Origin: an uncultured Chloroflexia bacterium
Lineage (GTDB): Bacteria; Chloroflexota; Dehalococcoidia; DSTF01; JALHUB01
DNA length: 64,000 nt
NCBI GenBank assembly: GCA_963703345.1
Contig: OY969814.1
Coordinates: forward strand, 608,001 to 672,000
Reading direction: 5' to 3'
How positions within the stretch are numbered: position 1 is the first letter of the stretch; each line of letters begins with the position of its first letter. The translations under genes and the position numbers were made by a program. Under the pieces are notes generated by a model. That model was not told the origin of the DNA. It saw only the letters and a list, made by a program, of their open reading frames with translations, and did not search any database. Positions 1 through 9,378 of the stretch are shown here, piece after piece.

Positions 1-840
1 CCCCGTCCCTGCGGAGGGGAGGCCGTTGCCCGGCGTCGCCTGCGCGCCTGCCGCGGCGCCGGCCGCCGTCGACTGTGGCTGCGACATTGGCGGCTTCGGC
101 GTCGCCGTCTCGCGCGGCGTAGCGGTGGGACGCGGCGTCGAAGTGGGATTCGGCGTTCGCGTCGCCGTGGGCGTCGCCGTCGGCCCGGCCGTTGACGTGG
201 CGGCGGGCGTTTGCGTCGTCGTCGTGGCCGTAGTAGGCGTCGGCTGCGGCGTGTCGGTATCCGTTGCCGTCGGCGCCGCTGGATCGTCAACCGTCAGCGA
301 GCCGTTTGAACTCGCCACCGGTATTGGCACTCCCGGCGTCGGTCCCCAGAGATTCGCCGTATCGAACGTCAGAGCGCTCGTTCCGGCGCCTATCGCGTGA
401 AAGCGTATCCGCGCCAGAGTGCCGCCGCCGTTCACGGACGTTGCTCCGTCTACGAGAGTGAAGTCATAGCTAATCGTTCCCAACTGGTTGTCCACGACGT
501 TCGATTGGACCGTCCCCGGCTGCTCCCACGGTCCCGGGAAATTGCCCGGGAATATCTGCACACCCTGGTGGTCGAGGTCAGCATCGATGACCTCTAGGAC
601 AGAAGGATCGAAGCCCAGATGGAACGACGCGCTGTAGAGGTTGCTGACGTTGGAGATGATGACGTTCACGTCCATCGTGCCATCGGAGGCAATCTCGGCG
701 GAGGCGGGATCGAGGACCATGGTTGCACCCTGCGCGTTCGTGTGCGTGCTAAACGGCGGGGACAGACTGAGGCCGGTCATCGCTGCCAATAGGGCGATGA
801 CTCCGGCCGCAATGACGGTCCGGTGTCCGCGGAGGGACAT
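1..840 (-). CDS. Secreted cohesin-domain protein with Pro/Thr-rich linker (3' end runs off the window)
   Basis: Manual translation from ATG at 840 (GGAGG RBS upstream): MSLRGHRTVIAAGVIALLAAM signal peptide, then cohesin-like MDVNVIISNVSNLYSASFHLGFDPSVLEVID...GGGTLARIRFHAIGAGTSALTF, then TPT-rich linker. Confidence 0.75.
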   Translation of the reverse strand, partial: MSLRGHRTVIAAGVIALLAAMTGLSLSPPFSTHTNAQGATMVLDPASAEIASDGTMDVNVIISNVSNLYSASFHLGFDPSVLEVIDADLDHQGVQIFPGNFPGPWEQPGTVQSNVVDNQLGTISYDFTLVDGATSVNGGGTLARIRFHAIGAGTSALTFDTANLWGPTPGVPIPVASSNGSLTVDDPAAPTATDTDTPQPTPTTATTTTQTPAATSTAGPTATPTATRTPNPTSTPRPTATPRETATPKPPMSQPQSTAAGAAAGAQATPGNGLPSAGTG

Positions 841-989
841 CGTATCAGCCTCCGGATAGATGCATCTAAACGTGTATCGGCAAACCGAGCCGATAGGCGT
901 AGGGCGCACAGCGGGCATCGTTCGGGGGATGAAGGTGACGGCGCCGCAATATGAGAGAGATGGAGGGCGACCGGGCTATCGGGAAATGG

Positions 990-1019
990 AATGAGGGCGG
1001 AGAAACCTCCGCCCTCATT
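990..1019 (-). terminator. Hairpin downstream of acs
   Basis: 13-bp perfect stem AATGAGGGCGGAG/CTCCGCCCTCATT with 4-nt loop, about 30 nt after the acs stop. Confidence 0.65.
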
Positions 1020-1046
1020 GGTTGTAGCGTTTTCCGGACGCCGGCG

Positions 1047-2960
1047 CTAGACCTGACCCTTCAGCTCCTCGTAGGCGGCCTGCACTTCTGCTATGGAGGC
1101 GCCGTCCTCCAGGGTGGTGGCGTCGCCGATGGGCGCTTCCATCGCGACCGCCTTCAGCAAGCGACGCATGATCTTGCCGCTGCGCGTCTTCGGCAGCTTC
1201 TTCACTAGCAGCACTCTGTCCGGCGTGGCGATGGGACCCATCGTGTTGCGGATGTGGTTCTTGATGTTCTTTTCCATCTCCGGCGACGGCTCGTAGCCCT
1301 CGCGAAGGATGACGAAGATGGTGATCGCCTCGCCCTTCACTTCGTCCGGCTTGGCGATGGCGGCTGCCTCCGCGACGGCCTCGTAGGAGACCGCAGCGTT
1401 CTCCAGCTCCAGCGTGCCCAGGCGGTGGCCGGCGACCTTGATGACCTCGTCGGCGCGGCCCAGCAGCCAGAAGTAGCCGTCCTCGTCCTGGATCGCGTAG
1501 TCGCCGGTCAGGTACTTGCCCGGGAAGCGGTTCCAGTACGCGTCCTTAAAGCGGTCGTCGTCCTTGTAGAGCGTCATCAGCATGCCCGGCCACGGCTTCG
1601 TGAGGATCAGCAGGCCGCGCTCGCCGGCGGGCACCGGCTGGCCCGAATCGTTGACGACCTGCGCCGCTACGCCGGGCAGCGGGAAGCTGGCGGAGCCGGG
1701 CTTCAGCGGCGGAATCTGGATTGCCGGCGCCTGCGAGATGAGGATGCCGCCGGTCTCCGTCTGCCACCACGTGTCGACGATCGGACAGCGGCCCTTGCCG
1801 ATGTGATCGTAGTACCACAGCCAGGTGTCGGGGTTAATCGGCTCGCCGACGGAGCCGAGTAGCTTCAGGCTGCTCAGATCAGACTTCTGCAGCCACTCCT
1901 CGCCGGCCTGCCTGAACATTCGGATGGCTGTGGGCGATGTGTAGAGGACGTTCACGCCGTACTTCTCGATGATCTGCCACCAGCGGCCGAGGTCCGGGAA
2001 GTTCGGTGCGCCCTCGTACATGACGCTCGTGGTGCCGGCGCAGAGCGGTCCGAAGGCGATGTAGCTGTGGCCGGTCACCCAGCCGATATCGGCGGTGCAC
2101 CAGAAGACGTCGTTCTCTTCGACGTTGAACACCCACTTGAAGGTGGAGTTCACAAAGACCATGTAGCCGCCCGTCGAGTGGACGACGCCCTTGGGCTTGC
2201 CGGTCGTGCCCGACGTGTAGAGAATGTACAGCGGGTGGCTGGATTCCAGCGCCTCCGGCTTCACGTAGGAATCGGCGTCCTTCATCAGGTCGTGCCACCA
2301 CAGGTCGCGACCCTCTGTCATGCTGACATCGATTCCGGTGCGCTTGACTACGATCTGCTTCTTCACTGTGGGAGCAAGGTTCATCGCCTCGTCGGCGACC
2401 TTCTTCAGCGGAAACGCCGATCCTCTGCGCCAGCCGCCGTCCGCGGTGACCAGCACCTTGGCCTCGAGGTCGTTCAGTCTGTCGGCCACGGCCTGGGCGG
2501 TGAACCCGGAGAAGACGGCGGTAAACGTGGCGCCCAGCCTGGCGCAGGCCAGCATGATGATCGGCAACTCAGGGATCATCGGCAGGTAGATGCCGACCTT
2601 GTCGCCCTTGCCGACGCCGAGCTTCTTCAGCATCGAGGCGGCCTTGTTAACCTCTTGATACAGTTCAGCGTAGGTGATGGTGCGGGTGTCGCCCGGCTCC
2701 CCTTCGAAGTAGTAGGCGACCCTGTTCCGCGTCGGCCCTGTGGCGTGGCGGTCGCAGCAGAGGTAGGAAGCATTGAGCTGGCCGCCGACGAACCACTTGG
2801 AGAACGGCGCGTTCCACTCCAGCACCTTGTCCCACGTCCTGAACCAGTCCAGCTTGCGGGCTTCCTCGGCCCAGAAGCCGTCCATGTCCTCAATCGACCT
2901 GTTGTAGACCTCGAGGTAGCGGTTCTTTGGCCAGTACGTCTTGTCATTAGAACTGGTCAT
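1047..2960 (-). CDS. acs: Acetyl-CoA synthetase (AMP-forming)
   Basis: YTSGTTGKPKG AMP-binding motif, WCTADIGWVTGHSY, DTWWQTETGG, PKTRSGKIMRR; start set at MTSSNDK after an AAGGAG RBS. Confidence 0.95.
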   Translation of the reverse strand: MTSSNDKTYWPKNRYLEVYNRSIEDMDGFWAEEARKLDWFRTWDKVLEWNAPFSKWFVGGQLNASYLCCDRHATGPTRNRVAYYFEGEPGDTRTITYAELYQEVNKAASMLKKLGVGKGDKVGIYLPMIPELPIIMLACARLGATFTAVFSGFTAQAVADRLNDLEAKVLVTADGGWRRGSAFPLKKVADEAMNLAPTVKKQIVVKRTGIDVSMTEGRDLWWHDLMKDADSYVKPEALESSHPLYILYTSGTTGKPKGVVHSTGGYMVFVNSTFKWVFNVEENDVFWCTADIGWVTGHSYIAFGPLCAGTTSVMYEGAPNFPDLGRWWQIIEKYGVNVLYTSPTAIRMFRQAGEEWLQKSDLSSLKLLGSVGEPINPDTWLWYYDHIGKGRCPIVDTWWQTETGGILISQAPAIQIPPLKPGSASFPLPGVAAQVVNDSGQPVPAGERGLLILTKPWPGMLMTLYKDDDRFKDAYWNRFPGKYLTGDYAIQDEDGYFWLLGRADEVIKVAGHRLGTLELENAAVSYEAVAEAAAIAKPDEVKGEAITIFVILREGYEPSPEMEKNIKNHIRNTMGPIATPDRVLLVKKLPKTRSGKIMRRLLKAVAMEAPIGDATTLEDGASIAEVQAAYEELKGQV

Positions 2961-3270
2961 GCAGCATCTCTCCTTTGGCTTTTGTAGTAGACCTGGTTCT
3001 CCTGCCGGGATCGCCCCCGGCGCCTCCTCCCAGGCCTGCCGCTCGGCGCGCAGACCGTTTGAAGTCGAGGGCGCTTGTGCAATCTGGCGCAAATTAGAGG
3101 TTATCCCTAGGTCTCATTTTAAGTCAACTGATTCCCCGCCGGTGTTGGCGTCCGCAGTGGCGCAGATTCGCCGCCCCGTTTTCGTTTCCCCGCGGCGGCT
3201 GTCAACGCACGCGTTCCGCGTGTGCTACATTCCCCTTCGTTGCGTACCCCGTTATGTGGAGATTACCGTC

Positions 3271-3915
3271 GTGAAAGCTGTTCTCTGGGACATGGACGGC
3301 GTACTCGTCGATACGGCGCCCTTCCATTTCCAGGCCTGGCGCGCGCTGTTCGCGTCGCTGGGTAGAGACGTCAGCGAAGAGGAGTTCCGGCGCACCTTCG
3401 GCCTGCGCAACGACGACATCCTGCGCGCCATCCTCGGCGACATGCCGCCCGAACGGCTGCGAGAGCTCGGTAACCGCAAGGAGGAGCTCTTCCGCGACGC
3501 GATTCGAGGGAAAGTCACGCCTTTGCCCGGCGTCGTCGATGTTGTCCGACGCCTGCGCGACAGGGGCGTCAAGCAGGCCGTCGTCTCGTCGGCGCCGCGG
3601 CGGAACGTGGAGACGATCCTCCATGCGCTCTCGCTGACCGGAGCTTTCGACGCTCTTGTGGCGGAGGAGGAGGTGCAGCGTGGCAAGCCGGACCCGCAGG
3701 GCTATCTGCTCGGCGCGGACCGTCTCGGCGTGGCGCCCGCGGCGTGTGTCGTCGTCGAGGACGCGCCTGCCGGCGTCGAGGCGGCGAAGCGGGCCGAAAT
3801 GCGCTGCATAGGCCTGGCCGCTGGACGGCGGCCGGAAGAGCTGGCGGCGGCGGACCTCGTCGTGGTAAGCCTGGCGGACGAAGCGGTATACTCTTTCCTG
3901 GGAATCCCGCGCTAA
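3271..3915 (+). CDS. HAD-superfamily phosphatase (beta-PGM/CbbY-like)
   Basis: Motif I WDMDGVLVDT, motif II VVSS, motifs III/IV GKPDP and VVVEDA; GTG start after GGAG. Confidence 0.9.
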   Translation: MKAVLWDMDGVLVDTAPFHFQAWRALFASLGRDVSEEEFRRTFGLRNDDILRAILGDMPPERLRELGNRKEELFRDAIRGKVTPLPGVVDVVRRLRDRGVKQAVVSSAPRRNVETILHALSLTGAFDALVAEEEVQRGKPDPQGYLLGADRLGVAPAACVVVEDAPAGVEAAKRAEMRCIGLAAGRRPEELAAADLVVVSLADEAVYSFLGIPR

Positions 3916-3927
3916 TGGAGGTCTTGT

Positions 3928-4851
3928 TTGCCGCTTCCTTCGTTCGATCATCCAACCACCTATGACGGCGCCAAGGGGAGCAATGCCACAGTCTACGACG
4001 GCTCCAAGGGGACCTACCTGGCGCCGGAGCTGCTGAAGGCCGGCAAAGAAGCGTCGGATGTCACCGAGTGGCTGAACCTGCTGGCGCCCGAAGCCGTCGC
4101 CGCCTGCCACCGCGATTACGTTAGTGCCGGCTCCGAGGTCATCGAGACGAACAGCTTCAACGGCAACCGCTTCCGATTGATGAAGTACGGCCTCGGCGAC
4201 CGCGTGCGCGAGGTGAACTTCGCCGCCGCGAACATCGCCCGCGAAGCCGCGGGCCCCGGCGTCTCGGTTGCCGGGACGATAGGTCCCAGCGGCAAGCTGA
4301 TCGTGATGGGTGAGGTGACCGCCGAGGAGCTACGGGATGCCTTTGCCGAGCAGGCGAAGGCGCTGGCGGCAGGCGGCGTCGATTTCTTCCACGTCGAGAC
4401 GATGGCCGACCTCGACGAAGCGGTGGCCGCGGTCGAGGGCGCGCGCGGCGTCTCCGACCTGCCTGTCGCGGTCACGATGTCGTTCGACACGGGCAAGCCG
4501 GAAGCCGGGCTGCGGACGATGATGGGCGTCACGGCGGCGCAGCTTGTAGAGAAGGGCCGCGAGATGGATCTTCTCGCCGTCGGTGCCAATTGCGGCCGCG
4601 GCCTTGAGGGCTACCAAGCGCTGTTCCAGCAGTTCATGGACGCCGGCCCGGCATCGCCCGTTATCGCCAAGCTGAACGCCGGCATCCCCGTCACAATCGG
4701 CGGCGAGACCGTCTACGATGGCACGCCGGAAAGGATGGCGGAGTACGCGGAATGGGTTGCGGGAATAGGCGTGAAGCTTATCGGCGTCTGCTGCGGCGGA
4801 ACCCCCCGCCACATCGAGGCGATTTCCCGCGCTCTGTCGCGCCGGCGCTAG
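3928..4851 (+). CDS. Homocysteine S-methyltransferase family protein (stand-alone MetH N-terminal-like domain)
   Basis: YDGSKGT, IETNSFNGN, VETMAD, GANCG and GVCCGG zinc-ligand motifs. Confidence 0.88.
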   Translation: MPLPSFDHPTTYDGAKGSNATVYDGSKGTYLAPELLKAGKEASDVTEWLNLLAPEAVAACHRDYVSAGSEVIETNSFNGNRFRLMKYGLGDRVREVNFAAANIAREAAGPGVSVAGTIGPSGKLIVMGEVTAEELRDAFAEQAKALAAGGVDFFHVETMADLDEAVAAVEGARGVSDLPVAVTMSFDTGKPEAGLRTMMGVTAAQLVEKGREMDLLAVGANCGRGLEGYQALFQQFMDAGPASPVIAKLNAGIPVTIGGETVYDGTPERMAEYAEWVAGIGVKLIGVCCGGTPRHIEAISRALSRRR

Positions 4852-4861
4852 ACGGACAGCG

Positions 4862-5971
4862 TTAGCTCCCGGCTCCTCGGAAGCGGATGCGCATTCGCAT
4901 CGATTCCGGCCGCGACTCCTCGAGCTGCAACTGCTGTCCCGTGGCCTCGGTCAGCGCCTCCAGCAACCGGTCGGCGGTGATCGGCTCACGCAGCATGAGC
5001 ACGATGCGCGCTTCGCCGTCGAAATAGCGCTCCACCGATGCCCCTTCGATTGCCGGCACGCGGCTGAGGGCGCGCTGCACCTCCATCAGCCCCTGGAAGC
5101 CGGGCACCGCCGATATCACGAGGACGAGCCCCTGGTCGCCCGGGATGAATGCGGGCTCGCCTTCTTCTGGGGCCTTCTCTTCCTCGACGGGTGCGGTCGC
5201 CGCGGCGCGCGATGTGAGAGCCATACGCGAGAAGTCATCGAGGCGGCGTTCCAGCCGCTCGAGGGCGGACGCCAGCGCCGCCACCTGCTCCGTCAGCAAG
5301 CGCCGGTCCTGCTCCAGGCGGTCCAGCGCCCGGTCCGTCTGCTCGCGGGCGGCGCGCGCCGACGACTGCACCTCGTCGATGAGGATGCGGCGTTCGTCGG
5401 CCATGCGATCGAGCGCGTGGTCGAAGTGGTCGGCGAGGATTCGCAGGACTTCCCGCGTCTCCTCGAGCGGGTCGGGCTTCGCTGGCGGTGTTTCGGCGAC
5501 CGCGGGCTCCGGCGCAACCCTGGCCGTAGGCTCGGTCGGCGGCTCCATTTCGGGCGCCGGCTCGGGTACCGCCTTGATCAGCACCGCTTCCGCCTCCGAT
5601 AGCGCCTTCGCCAGGATGTCGGCGGCGCGACGCGTCGCTTCGTTTGCCTGCGCAGGCGTGGCCGGCGTCTCCATCGACTCCTTGCTGCCGGCTATCTCCT
5701 CCACGTGAGGGGTCTCGTCCGGCCCCTCTGGTGGCGTCAGGTTCTCAGGCATCGTCTCTTCCACTTCTCGTTTGACGGCGGTCTCGGGCTGCGGGGGCTT
5801 CTTGGCCGGCGGGCGCTTCGCTCGTTTCGACGGTACGCCGAGCATGGCGCCGAGAAGCCGCACCAGGGCATTGGGCAGCGGCGTCCCGCGCCGATGAAGC
5901 TTCGCTTGAGGGTTCCCAGGGGCGCGTTCCCCCTGCTCACCACTGGGCCCCGAAGGGTTCTTCGGCTTCAT
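4862..5971 (-). CDS. Hypothetical protein (acidic/Pro-rich N-terminus, coiled coil, compact C-terminal domain)
   Basis: Long ORF with host-like codon usage; start uncertain (MKPKN at 5971 or the downstream MPENL). Confidence 0.6.
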   Translation of the reverse strand: MKPKNPSGPSGEQGERAPGNPQAKLHRRGTPLPNALVRLLGAMLGVPSKRAKRPPAKKPPQPETAVKREVEETMPENLTPPEGPDETPHVEEIAGSKESMETPATPAQANEATRRAADILAKALSEAEAVLIKAVPEPAPEMEPPTEPTARVAPEPAVAETPPAKPDPLEETREVLRILADHFDHALDRMADERRILIDEVQSSARAAREQTDRALDRLEQDRRLLTEQVAALASALERLERRLDDFSRMALTSRAAATAPVEEEKAPEEGEPAFIPGDQGLVLVISAVPGFQGLMEVQRALSRVPAIEGASVERYFDGEARIVLMLREPITADRLLEALTEATGQQLQLEESRPESMRMRIRFRGAGS

Positions 5972-6116
5972 ATCGTATTCACCGTGGCCGTGGACACCGG
6001 GCAACCGGGCCCACAAATCGTTTATCGGCAGGCGAAGTGAAGGCCGAAGGCGGGGGAGCCCTATCAGGGCATATTATACAGCAGAATCAGGGGCACGCAC
6101 CCCACGGAGCCTAAGA

Positions 6117-7157
6117 CTACGCGATCTCGGCGTGATGCCTCGCAAGTTGACGGAGTGAGCGGCTTTGGGCTAATGAGGGGAAAACTTCGTCGAGCGTCTT
6201 AGCCGCCTGTAGTTTCTCAAGAGACGTGTATCGGGGCGCCTGGGGAGCGGCGGCCTGAGTCTTGAGCCTGATTGGAACTATTTCCCTCGCTGGTTGAGCG
6301 AACTCGACGCAGTATTTCCCAGTGTCCTGCCAAGGCACGATCATGCTGACGGGCGCTACATGGGTAATGGCTGAAGTTGGGGCTTTGCGGTAAACGGCAA
6401 TGTCCTTGATCTGTGGGATCATGCTGCTGTTCATCCGAATCGCATACCATCTGTTTTCGCCGAGGAAGGTCTCTTGGAATCCGGCTTCACGAGCTGGGAC
6501 CACGATGGTATCCAATTCGGCAATGTCTGTGGTTGTCTGTGCGTCCGAGCCGACTGATTTCGCCACCTCCTCCAGGAAGGGGGTGAAGCTATAGGCATGC
6601 TCGCCCTTGTCGCTCCGAAACATCACGAACTCAATGACTTCGATTGGGAATGAGAACTGCTTTACCACTGAATCCAGTTCCTCCGTTCTCTCGTCGATTA
6701 TGACCACGGCCTGGAACGGAGTCTCGAACACGAGATAATCAAGAAGATGGTCAAGGCCTCTGTAGCCGTGCTGTTGTGCGTACTCGCGGCAGGCTCGGAT
6801 GGCCTTGGGCACCTTGGATACTTCATCCAGAAGGATGCTTCTTACTTGACGCTTGGCTTGCTGGTAGCTGTACGAGAACTCCAGCAATTGCTTTCCGATG
6901 TGCTTGAAGAGGTCATGTGTAGAAAGCTCGTTCTCGACGACAAACAGCCGAGGTTGATTCCTCTGAAGGTCGATTAGGTAGGCGTCAGGTACATTGACCT
7001 TCTTGCCCGCGACTCCGATGCGGTGTTTGCAGTCAATATAATAACGCCTCTTTCCGAAAATCGATTCGCTGTTGGCAATTACGGCTTCTTCGAAAACCTT
7101 CTCGCTGTCTGGGGATACCGCATCGTAGACAGTGGTTAGCGTAACAATCCGCGCCAT
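6117..7157 (-). CDS. Putative PD-(D/E)xK nuclease with a C-terminal accessory domain
   Basis: VPDAYLID...LFVVENEL catalytic-like motif; C-terminal DTIVVPARE...RWYAIRM...AITHVAPV domain; visibly lower GC than its neighbours. Confidence 0.6.
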   Translation of the reverse strand: MARIVTLTTVYDAVSPDSEKVFEEAVIANSESIFGKRRYYIDCKHRIGVAGKKVNVPDAYLIDLQRNQPRLFVVENELSTHDLFKHIGKQLLEFSYSYQQAKRQVRSILLDEVSKVPKAIRACREYAQQHGYRGLDHLLDYLVFETPFQAVVIIDERTEELDSVVKQFSFPIEVIEFVMFRSDKGEHAYSFTPFLEEVAKSVGSDAQTTTDIAELDTIVVPAREAGFQETFLGENRWYAIRMNSSMIPQIKDIAVYRKAPTSAITHVAPVSMIVPWQDTGKYCVEFAQPAREIVPIRLKTQAAAPQAPRYTSLEKLQAAKTLDEVFPSLAQSRSLRQLARHHAEIA

Positions 7158-7197
7158 CGCGCACCTCGAATTATTGTTACCTATTCCCCTGACGTGG

Positions 7198-8331
7198 TTA
7201 CCACTGGACGAACATGGGCATGACCACATGGACGTAGTTCTCAGTGCCCACCGGCCGCAGGACGCCCGGACTCGAGGGGTTCGTCGTCTCCAGCGCCACC
7301 TGGCCCTCCTCCAGAACCGCGAGCACGTCCTGGAGGTACTTGCCGTTGAAGGCGATCTTCGCTTCTTCGCCCTCGACCACGGCGTCGATCTCTCCCAGGT
7401 TGTCGCCGATCTCTTCGGCGCGGGCGGAGATCGCCATCTTGCCGGGCGTCAGCTCCTCGCCCGGTGTCATCACGAGGCGCACGATGCCGCTGCCGTCGCG
7501 CGCGAAGATAGACGCGATGCGCGTCTCGCGCAGGAAGTCGGCGACGCCCACAGTCGCGCGAGTGGTGTGGCTGGCGGGTATGAGCTGGCTGTAGTTGGGG
7601 AAAGTGCCCTGGATCAACTGCGCCACCATCTCCACGTTCTTCAGACGGAAAAGCGCCTGCGTGCGGTTGGCATTGAGCGTCATCTGCACCGGCTCTTCTT
7701 CGTCGGCGAGGAGGCGGTTGACCTCCGCGAGGGCGCGCGCTGGCACGATGACCTCGGTCCGGTCGGCCACCGGCTCGGCCAGCGGCAGGCGGTGCACGGA
7801 CAGCCGAAAGCCGTCGGCGGCGGCCAGCGTCAACTCCGGACCCTCCATCAGCGTGTGGATGCCGGTCAGCACGGGTCGCGAGTCGTCGGTAGCGGCCGCG
7901 AAGACGACCTGTGTTATCGCCGTGCGCAGCGCCTTGGGATCGAGCGCGAGTCCTTCGCCGCCCTCGACGCGCGGGATCGGCGGGAAGTCGTCGGCGTCCA
8001 TGCCGCCGATCGTCGCCTCGTTGCGCGCGCAAACGAGCCGCAGTTGCCGCGAGCGCGCCGGCAGCGTCATGTCGATGCGCTCGGGCGGCAGCGAGTTGAC
8101 GAAGTCGGTGAGCAAGCGGGCCGGAATCGTTATGGCGCCTTCCTCTTCGATCTGCGCGCCGATCCAGCAGGTGAGCGCGATCTCCAGGTTCGTGGCCGAC
8201 AGCTTGAGGCGGCCGCCGTCGCTGGCGATGAGGACGTGGCCGGTGATGGGTAGCGTGCTGCGTGTCGCCACAGCCCGTCCGACGATGCCGAGGCCGCGCG
8301 CGAGGTTCTCTTGAAGGCAGGATAGCTTCAT
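7198..8331 (-). CDS. dnaN: DNA polymerase III subunit beta (sliding clamp)
   Basis: MKLSCLQENL, LKLSATNLE, DDSRPVLTG, AAADGFRLS, GTFPNY, IAFNGKYL, VVMPM; 377 aa. Confidence 0.97.
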   Translation of the reverse strand: MKLSCLQENLARGLGIVGRAVATRSTLPITGHVLIASDGGRLKLSATNLEIALTCWIGAQIEEEGAITIPARLLTDFVNSLPPERIDMTLPARSRQLRLVCARNEATIGGMDADDFPPIPRVEGGEGLALDPKALRTAITQVVFAAATDDSRPVLTGIHTLMEGPELTLAAADGFRLSVHRLPLAEPVADRTEVIVPARALAEVNRLLADEEEPVQMTLNANRTQALFRLKNVEMVAQLIQGTFPNYSQLIPASHTTRATVGVADFLRETRIASIFARDGSGIVRLVMTPGEELTPGKMAISARAEEIGDNLGEIDAVVEGEEAKIAFNGKYLQDVLAVLEEGQVALETTNPSSPGVLRPVGTENYVHVVMPMFVQW

Positions 8332-8389
8332 AGCGATCACCTACTTAATCATTTAGATTTGTCGATGTCGGCAGTATATCGCAGCGCGG

Positions 8390-8632
8390 GTGGCTCGGCA
8401 AGAGGGAGGGCGTAAGGCCGCCATGGGAGCCCCAATAAGGATCGATGAGATGGGCAGCAACTCGATCAGCGGCATCTACTTCGACGACGGGGAATTGAGG
8501 GCAACATTGATGCTGGAGGCGTTGCGGCGTAGCTTGCGCCGGCTCCGGCCGCTTGTCGATGCGACGCAGGAGGCTGACGAAGCGGCGGCCGTCCCCGGCC
8601 CTGCGGTTCGGGTTGCCGAACCGCACGCCTAA
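8390..8632 (+). CDS. Small hypothetical protein
   Basis: 80-aa ORF filling the gap between dnaN and the holin-like gene; GGAGGG precedes the internal ATG of MGAPIR. Confidence 0.35.
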   Translation: MARQEGGRKAAMGAPIRIDEMGSNSISGIYFDDGELRATLMLEALRRSLRRLRPLVDATQEADEAAAVPGPAVRVAEPHA

Positions 8633-8819
8633 AATTCCGACGCGACGTTGCTGCGATTGTCCGCGCTAGTCTTCCCACACCGCCGGCACCGCGCCGACGC
8701 CTCCCCGCACAACCAACCCGCGCAGCGACTCGTTCTTCGGCACGTCCTGCTTTCGCAGCGACGGGATCGCGCCACCGGAAGGAGGGCGCGCGTTCGACGG
8801 CCCGGTCCGGCGCTTCGAC

Positions 8820-9140
8820 TCACTTCCCACCGGCGACCCCCTTGTCGTCACTCGGACGAAGATAGCTCTGGTAGAAATCGTGCACGTAGCTTGCGCCGCG
8901 GCCCAGCACAACGCCGCTCAGGATGACGCCCAGAGCGGCGGGCCGTGGCGACAGTCCCAGCACGTCGCGTGTCATGTCGACATTGTACGTCCAGGCCAGC
9001 AGCACGCCGACGGCCACCGCGACGTAACGAATAACGTCCGCCGGCAGTCGCGCGGCCGAAAGCGGCGCCGCGAAGAGGTACTCTGTCAGGCTCTCCGACA
9101 GAAATGCCAGCGCTGTGATTGCCAGAATCGGCTCAATCAT
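8820..9140 (-). CDS. Holin-like membrane protein
   Basis: Three hydrophobic segments, ESLTEYLF and SGVVLGRGASYVHDF pattern, last gene of the structural operon. Confidence 0.6.
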   Translation of the reverse strand: MIEPILAITALAFLSESLTEYLFAAPLSAARLPADVIRYVAVAVGVLLAWTYNVDMTRDVLGLSPRPAALGVILSGVVLGRGASYVHDFYQSYLRPSDDKGVAGGK

Positions 9141-9152
9141 TTCCTCCTCCCC

Positions 9153-9365
9153 CTAGCTGTAGACCGCCACGACCACCGCGTCCTTCGGATTGCCGTCATC
9201 GAAGAAGATGACCGCGCAGCTCCGTCCCGCCTGCATCTCCGACGCCGCGATGTTCCGCGCCACCGGCACGCCCGCCAGCCACACCGAGAGGCTTCCCGCC
9301 AGGCGAATCGTCGCGCTGTAGCTCCCGGCGTCGAACGACTTCACTTCTGCCTTACGCACCACCAT
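9153..9365 (-). CDS. Small tail/baseplate protein (OB-fold-like, resembles GpV/gp5 N-terminal domains)
   Basis: RKAEVKSFD...ATIRL...WLAGVPV...GRSCAVIFFDDGNPKDAVVVAV; directly follows the hub-like gene. Confidence 0.5.
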   Translation of the reverse strand: MVVRKAEVKSFDAGSYSATIRLAGSLSVWLAGVPVARNIAASEMQAGRSCAVIFFDDGNPKDAVVVAVYS

Positions 9366-9378
9366 TACGAAGGTCCTC

